Shown piece after piece: positions 17,466 through 26,582 of a stretch of 45,482 bases of DNA. Under the pieces are notes generated by a model. It saw only the letters and a program-made list of their open reading frames with translations. It did not search any database and was not told the DNA's origin. Position numbers and translations under genes: made by a program. Source of the stretch: Spirochaetota bacterium (GTDB lineage Bacteria; Spirochaetota; UBA4802; JAFGJZ01); the NCBI GenBank assembly GCA_035430785.1, contig DAOMHE010000001.1:1-45482 (forward strand). The letters run 5' to 3'. The first letter of the stretch is position 1, and the number at the start of each line of letters is the position of its first letter.

Positions 17466-19375
17466 GTGGAACCTCCCTGTTTGCTTTGATCGGATTCTTT
17501 TTCTTTTCTTTTTCTTTTATCTGCTGCTTCCATATGAAAAAGTATCACAGAAATATGAGAAGGATCGACTCCTGATATTCTCGATGCCTGTGCAATTGTT
17601 GCCGGTCTGATCTTCTGAAGTTTCTGAGCAGCTTCTGTTTTTAATCCGTTTACAGAAAAATAATCGAAGTCTTCCGGAATTGATCTGTCTTCCATTTTAG
17701 CAAACTTAGCGATTTCTCTTTCTTCTTTCTTTATATAACCTTCGTACTTCAATTCCATTTCAATGATGCTTGCGATTGTTTCATCAAACGGCATGTTAAG
17801 GTATTGATATACTGCTTTAAGAGAAATCCCCGGACGTTTCACAAGTCTTTCTACACTGATTCGTCCGGACAAACCGGACAGCTCATCATTATTCCCAAGA
17901 GCTTCTTTAGCTTTATCATCTATTAGAACTTTTAATTCTTTTAAACCTTCGGAATCTTTTGATATCTTCTCATACTTCTCTTTCATTGATTCGTAAGTCT
18001 CGTCAGAAACTAACCCGTAATAATGTCCGTATTGCATAAGTCTTTTATCTGCATTATCCTGCCTTAAAACTAAACGATGTTCCGCTCTCGAAGTGAACAT
18101 TCTGTATGGTTCGGTTAATTCTTTAGTTGTAAGATCATCTATTAAAACTCCGCCATAAGCCTCCGTTCTTTTAAGAACCAAAGGATTCATTCCTTGTATC
18201 TTAGCCGCAGCATTTATCGCTGCAACCAATCCCTGCATTGCCGCTTCTTCATATCCTGAAGTTCCGTTTATCTGTCCTGCATTATAAAGTCCTGAAACTT
18301 TCTTTGTTTCAAGTGTCGGATAAACCTGATGCGGAGGAACAAAATCATATTCTACTGCGTATGCCGGTTTCATGACCTGTACATTTTCAAGACCGGGAAT
18401 TGTTCTAACCATTTCAAGCTGAACGTCTTCCGGCAAAGAACTCGAAAAACCGTTAATGTAATATTCATTAGTCATTAAACCTTCAGGTTCAAGAAAAAGC
18501 TGATGTCTTGGTTTGTCTGAAAACCTAACTACTTTATCTTCTATAGATGGACAATACCTTGGACCCACTCCTTTTATTACTCCGCCGTAAAGAGGAGATC
18601 TATGAATGTTCGCTTTAATAATTTCATGTGTCTTTTCTCCCGTGTAAGTAATATAACATGGAAGCTGTTTTAATTCTTTCCAACTCTTGATATCTGAAGA
18701 ATAAGAAAAAAAGAAAGGTTCGTCATCCGGCTCCTGAATCTCGCATTTAGAAAAATCAATTGTCTTTCCATTTACTCTTTGAGGTGTTCCCGTTTTTAAT
18801 CTTCCAAGTTCAAGTCCCATATCAAGAAGAGACTGAGAAAGATGTTCGGCTGAAAAGTCCCCTATCCTTCCTGCGGACTGATTGAAACTTCCTATATGAA
18901 TAAGTCCTTTTAAAAAAGTTCCTGTTGTTAAAATTATTGCCTTGCATGAAAAGAAATTATCTCTTTCAGTCCGCAGTCCTTTAACTTCGGCATTTTCAAT
19001 TTCGATTGATGTCACAACATCCTGAACAATATCCAGATTGTCCTGATTCTCTAAAATATGCTTCATGAAGATCTGGTAATTTTTTTTATCTGCCTGAGCT
19101 CTTGGCGACCATACAGCGGGACCTCTGCTCTTATTCAGCATTTTGAAATGTATTCCGGCCTTATCAATTGCTTTTGCCATCTCTCCGCCGAGAGCATCAA
19201 TTTCTCTTACAATGTTTCCTTTCGCTAATCCTCCGATAGCAGGATTACAACTCATCTGTGCAATCGTTTCAAGATTTCCCGTAACAAGCAAAGTCGGCAC
19301 TTTCATTCTGGCAGAAGCAAGTGCAGCTTCTATTCCGGCATGTCCGGCTCCGACAACTATTATTTCATATTTCAT
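17453..19375 (-). CDS. mnmG: tRNA uridine-5-carboxymethylaminomethyl modification enzyme MnmG/GidA
   Basis: 640 aa. [15 protein letters not shown] motif and full-length GidA pattern. 13-nt overlap with rsmG. Confidence 0.95.
   Translation of the reverse strand: MKYEIIVVGAGHAGIEAALASARMKVPTLLVTGNLETIAQMSCNPAIGGLAKGNIVREIDALGGEMAKAIDKAGIHFKMLNKSRGPAVWSPRAQADKKNYQIFMKHILENQDNLDIVQDVVTSIEIENAEVKGLRTERDNFFSCKAIILTTGTFLKGLIHIGSFNQSAGRIGDFSAEHLSQSLLDMGLELGRLKTGTPQRVNGKTIDFSKCEIQEPDDEPFFFSYSSDIKSWKELKQLPCYITYTGEKTHEIIKANIHRSPLYGGVIKGVGPRYCPSIEDKVVRFSDKPRHQLFLEPEGLMTNEYYINGFSSSLPEDVQLEMVRTIPGLENVQVMKPAYAVEYDFVPPHQVYPTLETKKVSGLYNAGQINGTSGYEEAAMQGLVAAINAAAKIQGMNPLVLKRTEAYGGVLIDDLTTKELTEPYRMFTSRAEHRLVLRQDNADKRLMQYGHYYGLVSDETYESMKEKYEKISKDSEGLKELKVLIDDKAKEALGNNDELSGLSGRISVERLVKRPGISLKAVYQYLNMPFDETIASIIEMELKYEGYIKKEEREIAKFAKMEDRSIPEDFDYFSVNGLKTEAAQKLQKIRPATIAQASRISGVDPSHISVILFHMEAADKRKRKEKESDQSKQGGSTWNN
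17458..17473. promoter_or_regulatory. parS (second copy, 15/16)
   Basis: TGTTCCACGTGGAACC shares the 14-mer GTTCCACGTGGAAC with the first site. Covers the mnmG stop region, the rsmG SD-start spacer and the rsmG GTG start. Confidence 0.65.
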
Positions 19376-19440
19376 ATTTTATTTATACCTCTTAAAGAAA
19401 ATTTAATTCAGTAAACTCTCTTTCCCCGACAATAAAAGAA

Positions 19441-19469
19441 TTGATATTTCTGATGTAAAGATTAATAAT
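19441..19469 (+). promoter_or_regulatory. sigma70-like promoter for the macro-pyrF-GGDEF operon
   Basis: TTGATA, a 17-nt spacer, then AATAAT, about 30 nt before the ATG at 19501. Confidence 0.3.
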
Positions 19470-19500
19470 AAAGTAACATTTCTCAAGTAAAACAGGAAGC

Positions 19501-20058
19501 ATGAATTCATTATTAAATAATATCATTATAGCAAAAGGAGACATTACTTCCTTTGATGTTGAAGCAATTGTTAACGCAGCAAACACTTCTCTCCTGGGAG
19601 GCGGAGGTGTTGACGGAGCAATTCACAAAGCTGCAGGACCCGAATTGCTTGAAGAATGCATTTCCCTCAAAGGATGTGAAAGCGGAAAAGCAAAGATAAC
19701 AAAAGCGTATAGGCTTAAGGCAAAATATATTATTCATACTCCTGGTCCTGTTTATAAAAACGGAAATTGCGGAGAAAGAGCTCTACTTGAATCTTCTTAT
19801 AAAAACTGTATGACGCTGGCAAAAGAATACAATGTTTCTTCAATAGCATTTCCGGCTATTTCAACAGGAATTTATTCTTATCCTAAAGAGGATGCCTGTA
19901 AGATAGCTCTAAAAACGGTATTAGCTTTTGTTGACAAAGAAAAATACTTTCCTACAATATACTTCGTTCTTTACGATGACGAAAATTACTTAATTTACAA
20001 AAACGAATTTGAAAAGGTGAAAAATGAATTACAGACAGTCTCTGAGCAACTATTATAA
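19501..20058 (+). CDS. macro-domain protein (O-acetyl-ADP-ribose deacetylase-like)
   Basis: GDITSFDVEAIVNAANTSLLGGGGVDGAIHKAAG and IAFPAISTGIYSYP are canonical macro-domain motifs. Confidence 0.9.
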   Translation: MNSLLNNIIIAKGDITSFDVEAIVNAANTSLLGGGGVDGAIHKAAGPELLEECISLKGCESGKAKITKAYRLKAKYIIHTPGPVYKNGNCGERALLESSYKNCMTLAKEYNVSSIAFPAISTGIYSYPKEDACKIALKTVLAFVDKEKYFPTIYFVLYDDENYLIYKNEFEKVKNELQTVSEQLL

Positions 20059-20866
20059 CAAATATAATAGTATTTTATGTATGGGAATGGATCCGGTTCT
20101 ATCAAAGATTCCCATTCAGGAAAATGACATTAAAAAGAAAATTTACAGCTTTTATGAAGAAATTCTCAACGAGATAATTAAAACAAAAAAATATCCGGCA
20201 TGTGTTAAGCCGAATTATGCCTTTTATGCACGCTACGGATTTCCTGGTCTTGAAGCCTTACATGATCTAATCAAGCTTTACAGAAAGAATGATCTTCCAG
20301 TCATTCTTGATGTTAAAAGAGGAGATATCGGCACAACTGCCGAAGCTTACGCAGAAGAATCTTTTGATTTTTTTGAAGCCGATGCTGTAACATTATCTCC
20401 ATATTTGGGTCATGATTCAATAGAACCTTTTACAAAAAAATATGAAAATAAGGGTTTTTACATTTTGTGCAAAACATCCAATAAATCTTCAGGAGAACTT
20501 CAGGACAAACTGATAGACGGAAAACCATTATATCTTGTTGTCGCCGGTTATCTTTCCGGCTGGGATAATGGAGGTATTGGAGCTGTTGCAGGAGCAACTT
20601 ATCCAGATCAGCTTAAAGCCATTCTTGATGAATTTTCAAAATCCGGGAAAATTCTTCCCCTCCTCATTCCGGGTGTCGGCACACAGGGAGGAGATCTCGA
20701 AGCAATAGTTAAGACTATTAACGCCTATGATATTTCACTTCACAGAATCAATGCTTCAAGTTCCATCAACTTTGCTTATGAGAAAAACGGCGGAAATTTC
20801 GCTGTTGCAGCCGCTAATGAAATAGAGAAACTAAATAGTGAAATTTCTAAAACTATTGGAAAATAA
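20024..20866 (+). CDS. pyrF: orotidine-5'-phosphate decarboxylase (type 2)
   Basis: LCMGMDP, DVKRGDIGTT and PGVGTQGG motifs. AAGGTGA SD. 35-nt overlap with the macro gene. Confidence 0.9.
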   Translation: MNYRQSLSNYYNKYNSILCMGMDPVLSKIPIQENDIKKKIYSFYEEILNEIIKTKKYPACVKPNYAFYARYGFPGLEALHDLIKLYRKNDLPVILDVKRGDIGTTAEAYAEESFDFFEADAVTLSPYLGHDSIEPFTKKYENKGFYILCKTSNKSSGELQDKLIDGKPLYLVVAGYLSGWDNGGIGAVAGATYPDQLKAILDEFSKSGKILPLLIPGVGTQGGDLEAIVKTINAYDISLHRINASSSINFAYEKNGGNFAVAAANEIEKLNSEISKTIGK

Positions 20867-22975
20867 ATGAACAGCTCTGAGAAAAATCAGATATTGCTTA
20901 TTTCGCATTCAAAATCTTCCGGCAGGGATTTAATGTCCATGCTGGAAGGTTTGAATCTCGAATTTCTTTATGCTGAGAGTTCTTCTGAGGCTATAAACAT
21001 TATTTCTTTTGCAGCGCCTAAACTCATCATTGTAGAAACTTTTTTCGGAAACGAGAACTGTTTTGATCTTTGCCGTATGCTTAAAACAAGTCAGCGGACA
21101 AAACTTATACCAATTATAGCAATATCCGATATCGATTGCCAGAATTCACGCGTTCAGGCTATACAAAGCGGAGCAGACACCTTTATGCTGAAGCCTGTAA
21201 TAAAGGAAGAACTCATCGCTCATGTAAGAGGTAAAATTTCTCAATTTAATGAGTTCTATCTATTATCAACCACAGACGAACTCACCCGCCTTTATAACAG
21301 AAGAGAATTTTTTAAAAGATTTGAAAATGAAATCGCTAAAAATGCTGATTCAATTATTTCTCTGGCTATTATTGATCTAGATTCCTTTAAGCAGATTAAT
21401 GATCTTTACGGACATCCCATGGGAGATTCCGTTCTCATGAAATTCGGAGAAATTCTGAATAAACATCTTTCTCCCAGTTTTTTCCCTACTCGCTTCGGCG
21501 GTGAAGAATTTGTAATTACTTTATTAGGAAAAAACGGTACTGAAGCAAAAGAGATAATTGATTCAATCAGAAGTGAGTTTGATTCCATAGTTTTCACCAC
21601 TTCGGATGAAAAAAAATTCAGCATTTCCTTTTCTGCCGGAATTTCAGAATATCCTGTTTTTGGAAAAAATCTTTCTATACTTCTTTCCCGGGCGGATCAG
21701 GCTCTTTATTCTGCGAAAAAAGAAGGAAAAAGCAGAACCTATATCTTTGATCCTATCATGGCAAAAAACGACCGATTCTGGGAATATTTAAAAAAATCTT
21801 CTCATTTCTTCACTGATAAGAAAAACAGAGATGCTGTCACAAATCTGCCTTTTCTGCACTCCTCACTTGAAAGCATTTCTAATTTGAGTTTTGAAATAAA
21901 AAGTATAGGAATTATTACCGTTAAAATAGAAAACATCTCTTCTTTGCGCCAGATTCTTGGAATACCTGTAACCGACTTCATAATAGAGAATCTCAAGATA
22001 ATTATAAAAAAAACATGTGAAACAAACTTTTCAACCGATACTTTTATTTCGGTAAGTGATATATCCGATTATAATTTTATAATTAAGTTTCCGAGCATAA
22101 TAGACTTTTCTGTGAATGATGAAAAATGCCGGACTCTATACCGGAAAATATGCAGAAAAATTGAAAAAGCTTTTTCACATCTTCCTGTTCATCTGAAATT
22201 TGCTGATTCAATAATTTTCTTCAACAAAAAGAATCCTCGTGCAATTATCGGTGAAATAGACAATCTTCTGCAAAAATGTTCCTTCTTAAACAAAAAAATA
22301 TCACGAAAAGAAGAACCCGAAAACATAATCAAATATCCTGATTTGATAGAAAATAAATTTTTTGAAGATAATTTTGAAAAGAAGTATATTTCCGGTCCTG
22401 AGCTTAACAAATATGTCTTCATTTCTCTAAAAAATTTTTATTCTTCATTTTCTTCTTCATTCAGATTTTTAAACAGTATAATTTCTTCTATTGAAACAGC
22501 TGAACTTTTCTTAAACTCAGTTTCAAAGTTAACGAAAAAGGATAACAGTTCGATTGTTCTTCCAAAACTTCATGAAATAGATTTTATCGATTATCTTAAT
22601 CTGATCAAAAAGATACTTCCGGAGAAAAAGGTTTTTATTTCTATTAATGAAACTGAAATTAGCGAAGGTAAATTTGATATTCCCAAAGATTTTTTTATTT
22701 CCAACAGTTCCGTTTACCTTGCTATATCGGATTGTTATATCAGTTCCGAAATTCTGAATCTAATATCACATTTTGATTTCCGTCTTGTTATTCTCTCTGA
22801 ACATCTTACAATGTGCCTGCATTGCTTCAAAGACAGAATAAAAATTCTTAATGGTTTTAAAATTTTTGCTGATCAGCTGGAAATTGATATTTGCTCAAGT
22901 AACGTGGCCAATCCTGAGGATATTCAGCTTTTAAAAGATATAGATATTACCTATTCAGACAGAAATGAACCTTGA
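20867..22975 (+). CDS. pseudo-receiver / GGDEF diguanylate cyclase with a long degenerate C-terminal region
   Basis: REC-like fold with Glu57 in place of the phospho-Asp. GGDEF domain with an intact RFGGEEF. The C-terminal ~400 aa look like a degenerate GGDEF followed by a degenerate EAL (see findings). Confidence 0.85.
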   Translation: MNSSEKNQILLISHSKSSGRDLMSMLEGLNLEFLYAESSSEAINIISFAAPKLIIVETFFGNENCFDLCRMLKTSQRTKLIPIIAISDIDCQNSRVQAIQSGADTFMLKPVIKEELIAHVRGKISQFNEFYLLSTTDELTRLYNRREFFKRFENEIAKNADSIISLAIIDLDSFKQINDLYGHPMGDSVLMKFGEILNKHLSPSFFPTRFGGEEFVITLLGKNGTEAKEIIDSIRSEFDSIVFTTSDEKKFSISFSAGISEYPVFGKNLSILLSRADQALYSAKKEGKSRTYIFDPIMAKNDRFWEYLKKSSHFFTDKKNRDAVTNLPFLHSSLESISNLSFEIKSIGIITVKIENISSLRQILGIPVTDFIIENLKIIIKKTCETNFSTDTFISVSDISDYNFIIKFPSIIDFSVNDEKCRTLYRKICRKIEKAFSHLPVHLKFADSIIFFNKKNPRAIIGEIDNLLQKCSFLNKKISRKEEPENIIKYPDLIENKFFEDNFEKKYISGPELNKYVFISLKNFYSSFSSSFRFLNSIISSIETAELFLNSVSKLTKKDNSSIVLPKLHEIDFIDYLNLIKKILPEKKVFISINETEISEGKFDIPKDFFISNSSVYLAISDCYISSEILNLISHFDFRLVILSEHLTMCLHCFKDRIKILNGFKIFADQLEIDICSSNVANPEDIQLLKDIDITYSDRNEP

Positions 22976-24844
22976 TCTGAAATAATATTCAGAAATCTCT
23001 TTTCCAATATCAGAATAAAACATTTTCATTTCATTCTTATCTTCGAAAGAAATACAGTCATAATACTCTGCATATTTTTCAGAAATAAGTTTTCTATTGT
23101 CAGTATATATTCCTTTTGAAGAAATTATTAATGGCGAACTATCAATACTTTCAATATAAGAAATATTCTTTTGGGAAAGTCTCATAAGAGGTTCAATTAA
23201 GAAGTATATCGCACTAATTTCTTCAAAAAAACCGACATCTTCCGTAGCATGATAATACTGCTTTTTTCTTCCCGTTGAAGTATTATCATAATAATGCATT
23301 CTTCTGAAAAAATGCTCTTTCTCTTCAAGTAATGACGGATTCTCCTTTATAAGGAAATCTCCCGTAAAAATTATATTTAGAAGTTCCCATTCAGTCTCAT
23401 ATTCTGAAAAAAACTTTAAAATTTTTTGTGAATCCGTTTTCTTTAACATATTGATTTGAAAAGAAAAAACATTTGTATCAATAAAATCTTTCTTCTTTAA
23501 TAATTGTCCTATTTTTGATGAATCAGTTCTTATTCCTTTTACAAATAGTGAATCTTCATCTGAAGTAAAGTCAGGAATTTTTTTTGATGAAACTTCAAAT
23601 CCGGTTATATTTTCTATTTCCTGTTTTGCCGCAAAAATATCCTCTTCATTAAATTCACCTCCTTTTAAAAAATAATAAGGAGGCTTCTTCATATATTTAT
23701 ATCCGTTGGCATCACAATAATCCCTGACAGCCGTTCCGGGAAGAACCATTAGAGGATAGAATTCAATTTCTTCTGCAAAACCTTCTTCAACTAATTCTGC
23801 AACACCCTGCATGAAAGATAATATAGAATCTCCGGGTAAACCGGGAATCATCCCGATTTTTAGAGATATACCGGCAGATCTCAAATTTTTTAATCCTTCC
23901 AGAGCTTTTATCTTCTCTGACTTTCTGCCAGCCTGCTTTAATGCATTTTCAGTAAAAGTCTGTATTCCAACTTCGAGAGAATTTACTCCGGCTTTTTTTA
24001 ACAGTATTGCATCTGCTTTGCTTATGCTTTCTGTCCTAAGTTCGGTATGAATAGAAACTTTAGGTTTCAATTTCGACAATTCTTCAAGAATAAGACGATA
24101 ATCTTTTCTGTTTCCAAAAGAAGGAGAAAGAATATATACTTCTTTCAATGGTCTTTTTTTGTTTTTGAGTGACTCTAACAGTATTGAAGAAGGAAGCTCT
24201 CTTACTTTCTTTCCGAATCTTGAATAATTACAATAACTGCATTTATAATAACATCCTCTTGTAAGCTCAATAAAAACGGATTCGTCATTTGATCTGTTTA
24301 AATATCCGGAGGAATATGGTTCAACTATTTCAGAAGGAGAAAGAAGTTCATTTTCTCTCTGAAGAAAGAATAGATTGTCATTTATTGTCTGGAGATGTTT
24401 TTGATAATTTCTGGTAAAATACTTTTTAAAAAAGAACTCCCCTTCCCCTTTTACAAATAAATCTACTGCTTTTTGTTTTTTGGAAAGAAGATATGAATTT
24501 TCTGATATTTCAGGTCCGCCGAAAATAATCGTTGTTCTGAGCTGTTTCTTAATTAATTCAGCAAGAGAAATATGCCTTTCTGCATTCCATAGATAATTAG
24601 AGAAAAGAATCATATCAGGTTCATATTTTACAGCAATCTGCGAAATAATCTTATTAGAAGCAAAATTCTGAATTTCTGCAGGTATTACATATAATTCTTC
24701 CACATATTCTTTAAAGTTCTTTGAAATATATGCAGAAAGAGATGAAGGAGCAGTAAAAATATTACCGTCTATATAATTATATCCGTGATCAATCAGCGGT
24801 AGCTGTATAAAAAGAAGTTTAATTTTTTTCTTGCTATTAATCAT
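22955..24844 (-). CDS. B12-binding-domain radical SAM protein
   Basis: N-terminal cobalamin-binding-like Rossmann region. CYYKCSYC (CxxxCxxC) radical SAM cluster motif. The ~200-aa C-terminal extension is of unknown function. Confidence 0.85.
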   Translation of the reverse strand: MINSKKKIKLLFIQLPLIDHGYNYIDGNIFTAPSSLSAYISKNFKEYVEELYVIPAEIQNFASNKIISQIAVKYEPDMILFSNYLWNAERHISLAELIKKQLRTTIIFGGPEISENSYLLSKKQKAVDLFVKGEGEFFFKKYFTRNYQKHLQTINDNLFFLQRENELLSPSEIVEPYSSGYLNRSNDESVFIELTRGCYYKCSYCNYSRFGKKVRELPSSILLESLKNKKRPLKEVYILSPSFGNRKDYRLILEELSKLKPKVSIHTELRTESISKADAILLKKAGVNSLEVGIQTFTENALKQAGRKSEKIKALEGLKNLRSAGISLKIGMIPGLPGDSILSFMQGVAELVEEGFAEEIEFYPLMVLPGTAVRDYCDANGYKYMKKPPYYFLKGGEFNEEDIFAAKQEIENITGFEVSSKKIPDFTSDEDSLFVKGIRTDSSKIGQLLKKKDFIDTNVFSFQINMLKKTDSQKILKFFSEYETEWELLNIIFTGDFLIKENPSLLEEKEHFFRRMHYYDNTSTGRKKQYYHATEDVGFFEEISAIYFLIEPLMRLSQKNISYIESIDSSPLIISSKGIYTDNRKLISEKYAEYYDCISFEDKNEMKMFYSDIGKEISEYYFRSRFISV

Positions 24845-24898
24845 TTTAGTTTTTGAAATAAACTATGTAGCAATATGAGGGAATAAATTCAAGCTTTT

Positions 24899-26047
24899 AT
24901 GCGAAACATAAGTCTTTCAAATGCAAAAATTCTGGTAATAGACGACAGCAAGCTGAATCGAACTGTTATAAGAAAAACTTTATCCGAACTGAATTTTTCA
25001 GTTGATGAAGCTGAAGACGGTGAATCCGGTCTTGAAAGATCTCTATCTGAAAAATTTGATATTATATTCGTAGATACAGTCATGCCTAAAATGGACGGAA
25101 TTGACTTTATCAAGGAAATTAAAAGCAAAAAGCGTAATGACTTTATTCCTCTTGTTCTGATGACCGGAAACGATGATCTTAATGCAAAAATAAAGGGATT
25201 GAATATTGGGGCTGATGATTTCCTTCAGAAACCCATTAACCAGAAAGAACTTGTAGCGCGGACAATGTCCCTGCTCCGTTTGAAAAGAACGCATGATCTC
25301 TTGTTTGAAAGAAACATGCTGATAAAAAAGGAACTTGAAGCTGCCAAAAAAATTCAGCAGTTCATTATACCTCATGATTTTTCACACATCCCTTACCCGA
25401 AAATATCCGGTAAATATCTCCCGATGGAAGATATCGGAGGAGATTTTTTCGATGTTTATAAAATAGACGAAGATAAAACAGCTTTTGTAATAGCTGATGT
25501 TACCGGTCATGGAATTCCGGCTGCACTTATTGTTACTATGGCTAAAATGATTTTCAGCGTATATTCTTCTGTAACAGAATCTCCAAAGGAATTATTATCT
25601 TCTGTTAATAAAGATGTTTATAAGTTTATGTTCGACGGACAATATTTTTCGGCGTTTTATGCTCTTTATGATAACAAAAAGAAAATTTTAAAATTTTCTA
25701 ACGCAGGTCACACTCTTCCCCTTCTCTACCGCAGTTCTTCGGGTAAAATTTTATCACTTGATACCAACTCAGGTTTTTTTGTCGGTATAATGGAAGAATC
25801 CTATTATGAGGAAAAAGCCGTAAAAATTGAAAAAGGCGACTGTCTGATTCTTTATACTGACGGTTTGACTGAAATGAAAAATAAAAACAGGGAGGATTTC
25901 GGAGAAAAAGCCCTTGCAAAATTTATAACCAAAAACAGGGATATTTCAGGTAATGATTTTTGCAGTAAGCTTCTTAATGAAGTTATGGCTTTTTCCGATT
26001 TTAGTGATAAATCCGATGATTTAACATTTATGTTTATTGAGTTTTGA
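24899..26047 (+). CDS. response regulator with PP2C/SpoIIE-type phosphatase output (RsbU-like)
   Basis: Canonical receiver (ILVIDDS, DIIFVDTVMPKMDG, LKP). PP2C motifs ADVTGHGIPAAL and LYTDGLTE. Confidence 0.9.
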   Translation: MRNISLSNAKILVIDDSKLNRTVIRKTLSELNFSVDEAEDGESGLERSLSEKFDIIFVDTVMPKMDGIDFIKEIKSKKRNDFIPLVLMTGNDDLNAKIKGLNIGADDFLQKPINQKELVARTMSLLRLKRTHDLLFERNMLIKKELEAAKKIQQFIIPHDFSHIPYPKISGKYLPMEDIGGDFFDVYKIDEDKTAFVIADVTGHGIPAALIVTMAKMIFSVYSSVTESPKELLSSVNKDVYKFMFDGQYFSAFYALYDNKKKILKFSNAGHTLPLLYRSSSGKILSLDTNSGFFVGIMEESYYEEKAVKIEKGDCLILYTDGLTEMKNKNREDFGEKALAKFITKNRDISGNDFCSKLLNEVMAFSDFSDKSDDLTFMFIEF

Positions 26048-26048
26048 T

Positions 26049-26282
26049 TTATCCGTTTTCTTTTTTATCCTTTATATACTCCCCTACTTTTTCTACTGCC
26101 TTCAAGAGTTCTTCATACTGATCAACACTAAGAGCTATACCTTTTTGAGTCGGTTTTGTCTGTCCGTCTACATCATGAAACCAAATTCTAATATTGATAT
26201 ATTCTTTTTCTTTAAATTCAGAAACATCTATTCTTACTATTTCTCTGGCGTTTTTATTTATATCCGCGATTATTGCTCCCAT
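26049..26282 (-). CDS. PC4/YdbC-family ssDNA-binding protein
   Basis: 77 aa. INIRIWFHD...KPTQKGIALSVDQYEELLKAV matches the beta-sheet plus helix pattern of bacterial PC4-like proteins. Confidence 0.6.
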   Translation of the reverse strand: MGAIIADINKNAREIVRIDVSEFKEKEYINIRIWFHDVDGQTKPTQKGIALSVDQYEELLKAVEKVGEYIKDKKENG

Positions 26283-26582
26283 GAAGCCTCCATTTTTTGT
26301 TGATTTCCTAACAAATAAGACCCGTCTTTTTAATCAACAACATTTAAACAATTAATTCCTAACTAATAACATTAATATCTGGTTAAATAACATGTATCAA
26401 CAGGTTATTAACAATTGTTATTAATTTCTTATCAATGTGAATTAATTTCTTGCCAAGAAAGAGAATTAGAAAGAGATATTAGAACATATCATTCGTAACA
26501 ACTTTTAATGTTCACGGAAATTTATTTCCAGGAAGAATTGTCAATTCTTTCCGATATTCTATTGTTATTTTTTAGGGGTATT
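26283..26582. other. dnaA upstream intergenic region: candidate oriC part / dnaA promoter
   Basis: Only weak DnaA-box-like 9-mers (7/9): TAATCAACA 26331-26339, GTATCAACA 26394-26402, TGTGAATTA 26436-26444. An 11-nt direct repeat ATTAATTTCTT sits at 26420-26430 and 26441-26451 (21-nt phasing). Confidence 0.35.

Noticed and set aside
26037-26303. 88-aa plus-strand ORF overlapping the PC4-like gene.
   Set aside because: F/Y/I-rich low-complexity translation with no SD. The opposite strand gives a recognisable PC4-fold pattern.
26403-26425. GTTATTAAC / GTTAATAAC-like 9-mers near dnaA (26404-26412, 26417-26424, 27954-27963, 27977-27985) and at 8602-8610, 11783-11791 and 11808-11815, considered as a novel origin motif.
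   Set aside because: The same 9-mer also occurs inside coding sequence (for example 27843-27851 in dnaA). At this base composition about one exact hit per window is expected. By eye this is not distinguishable from AT-rich background.
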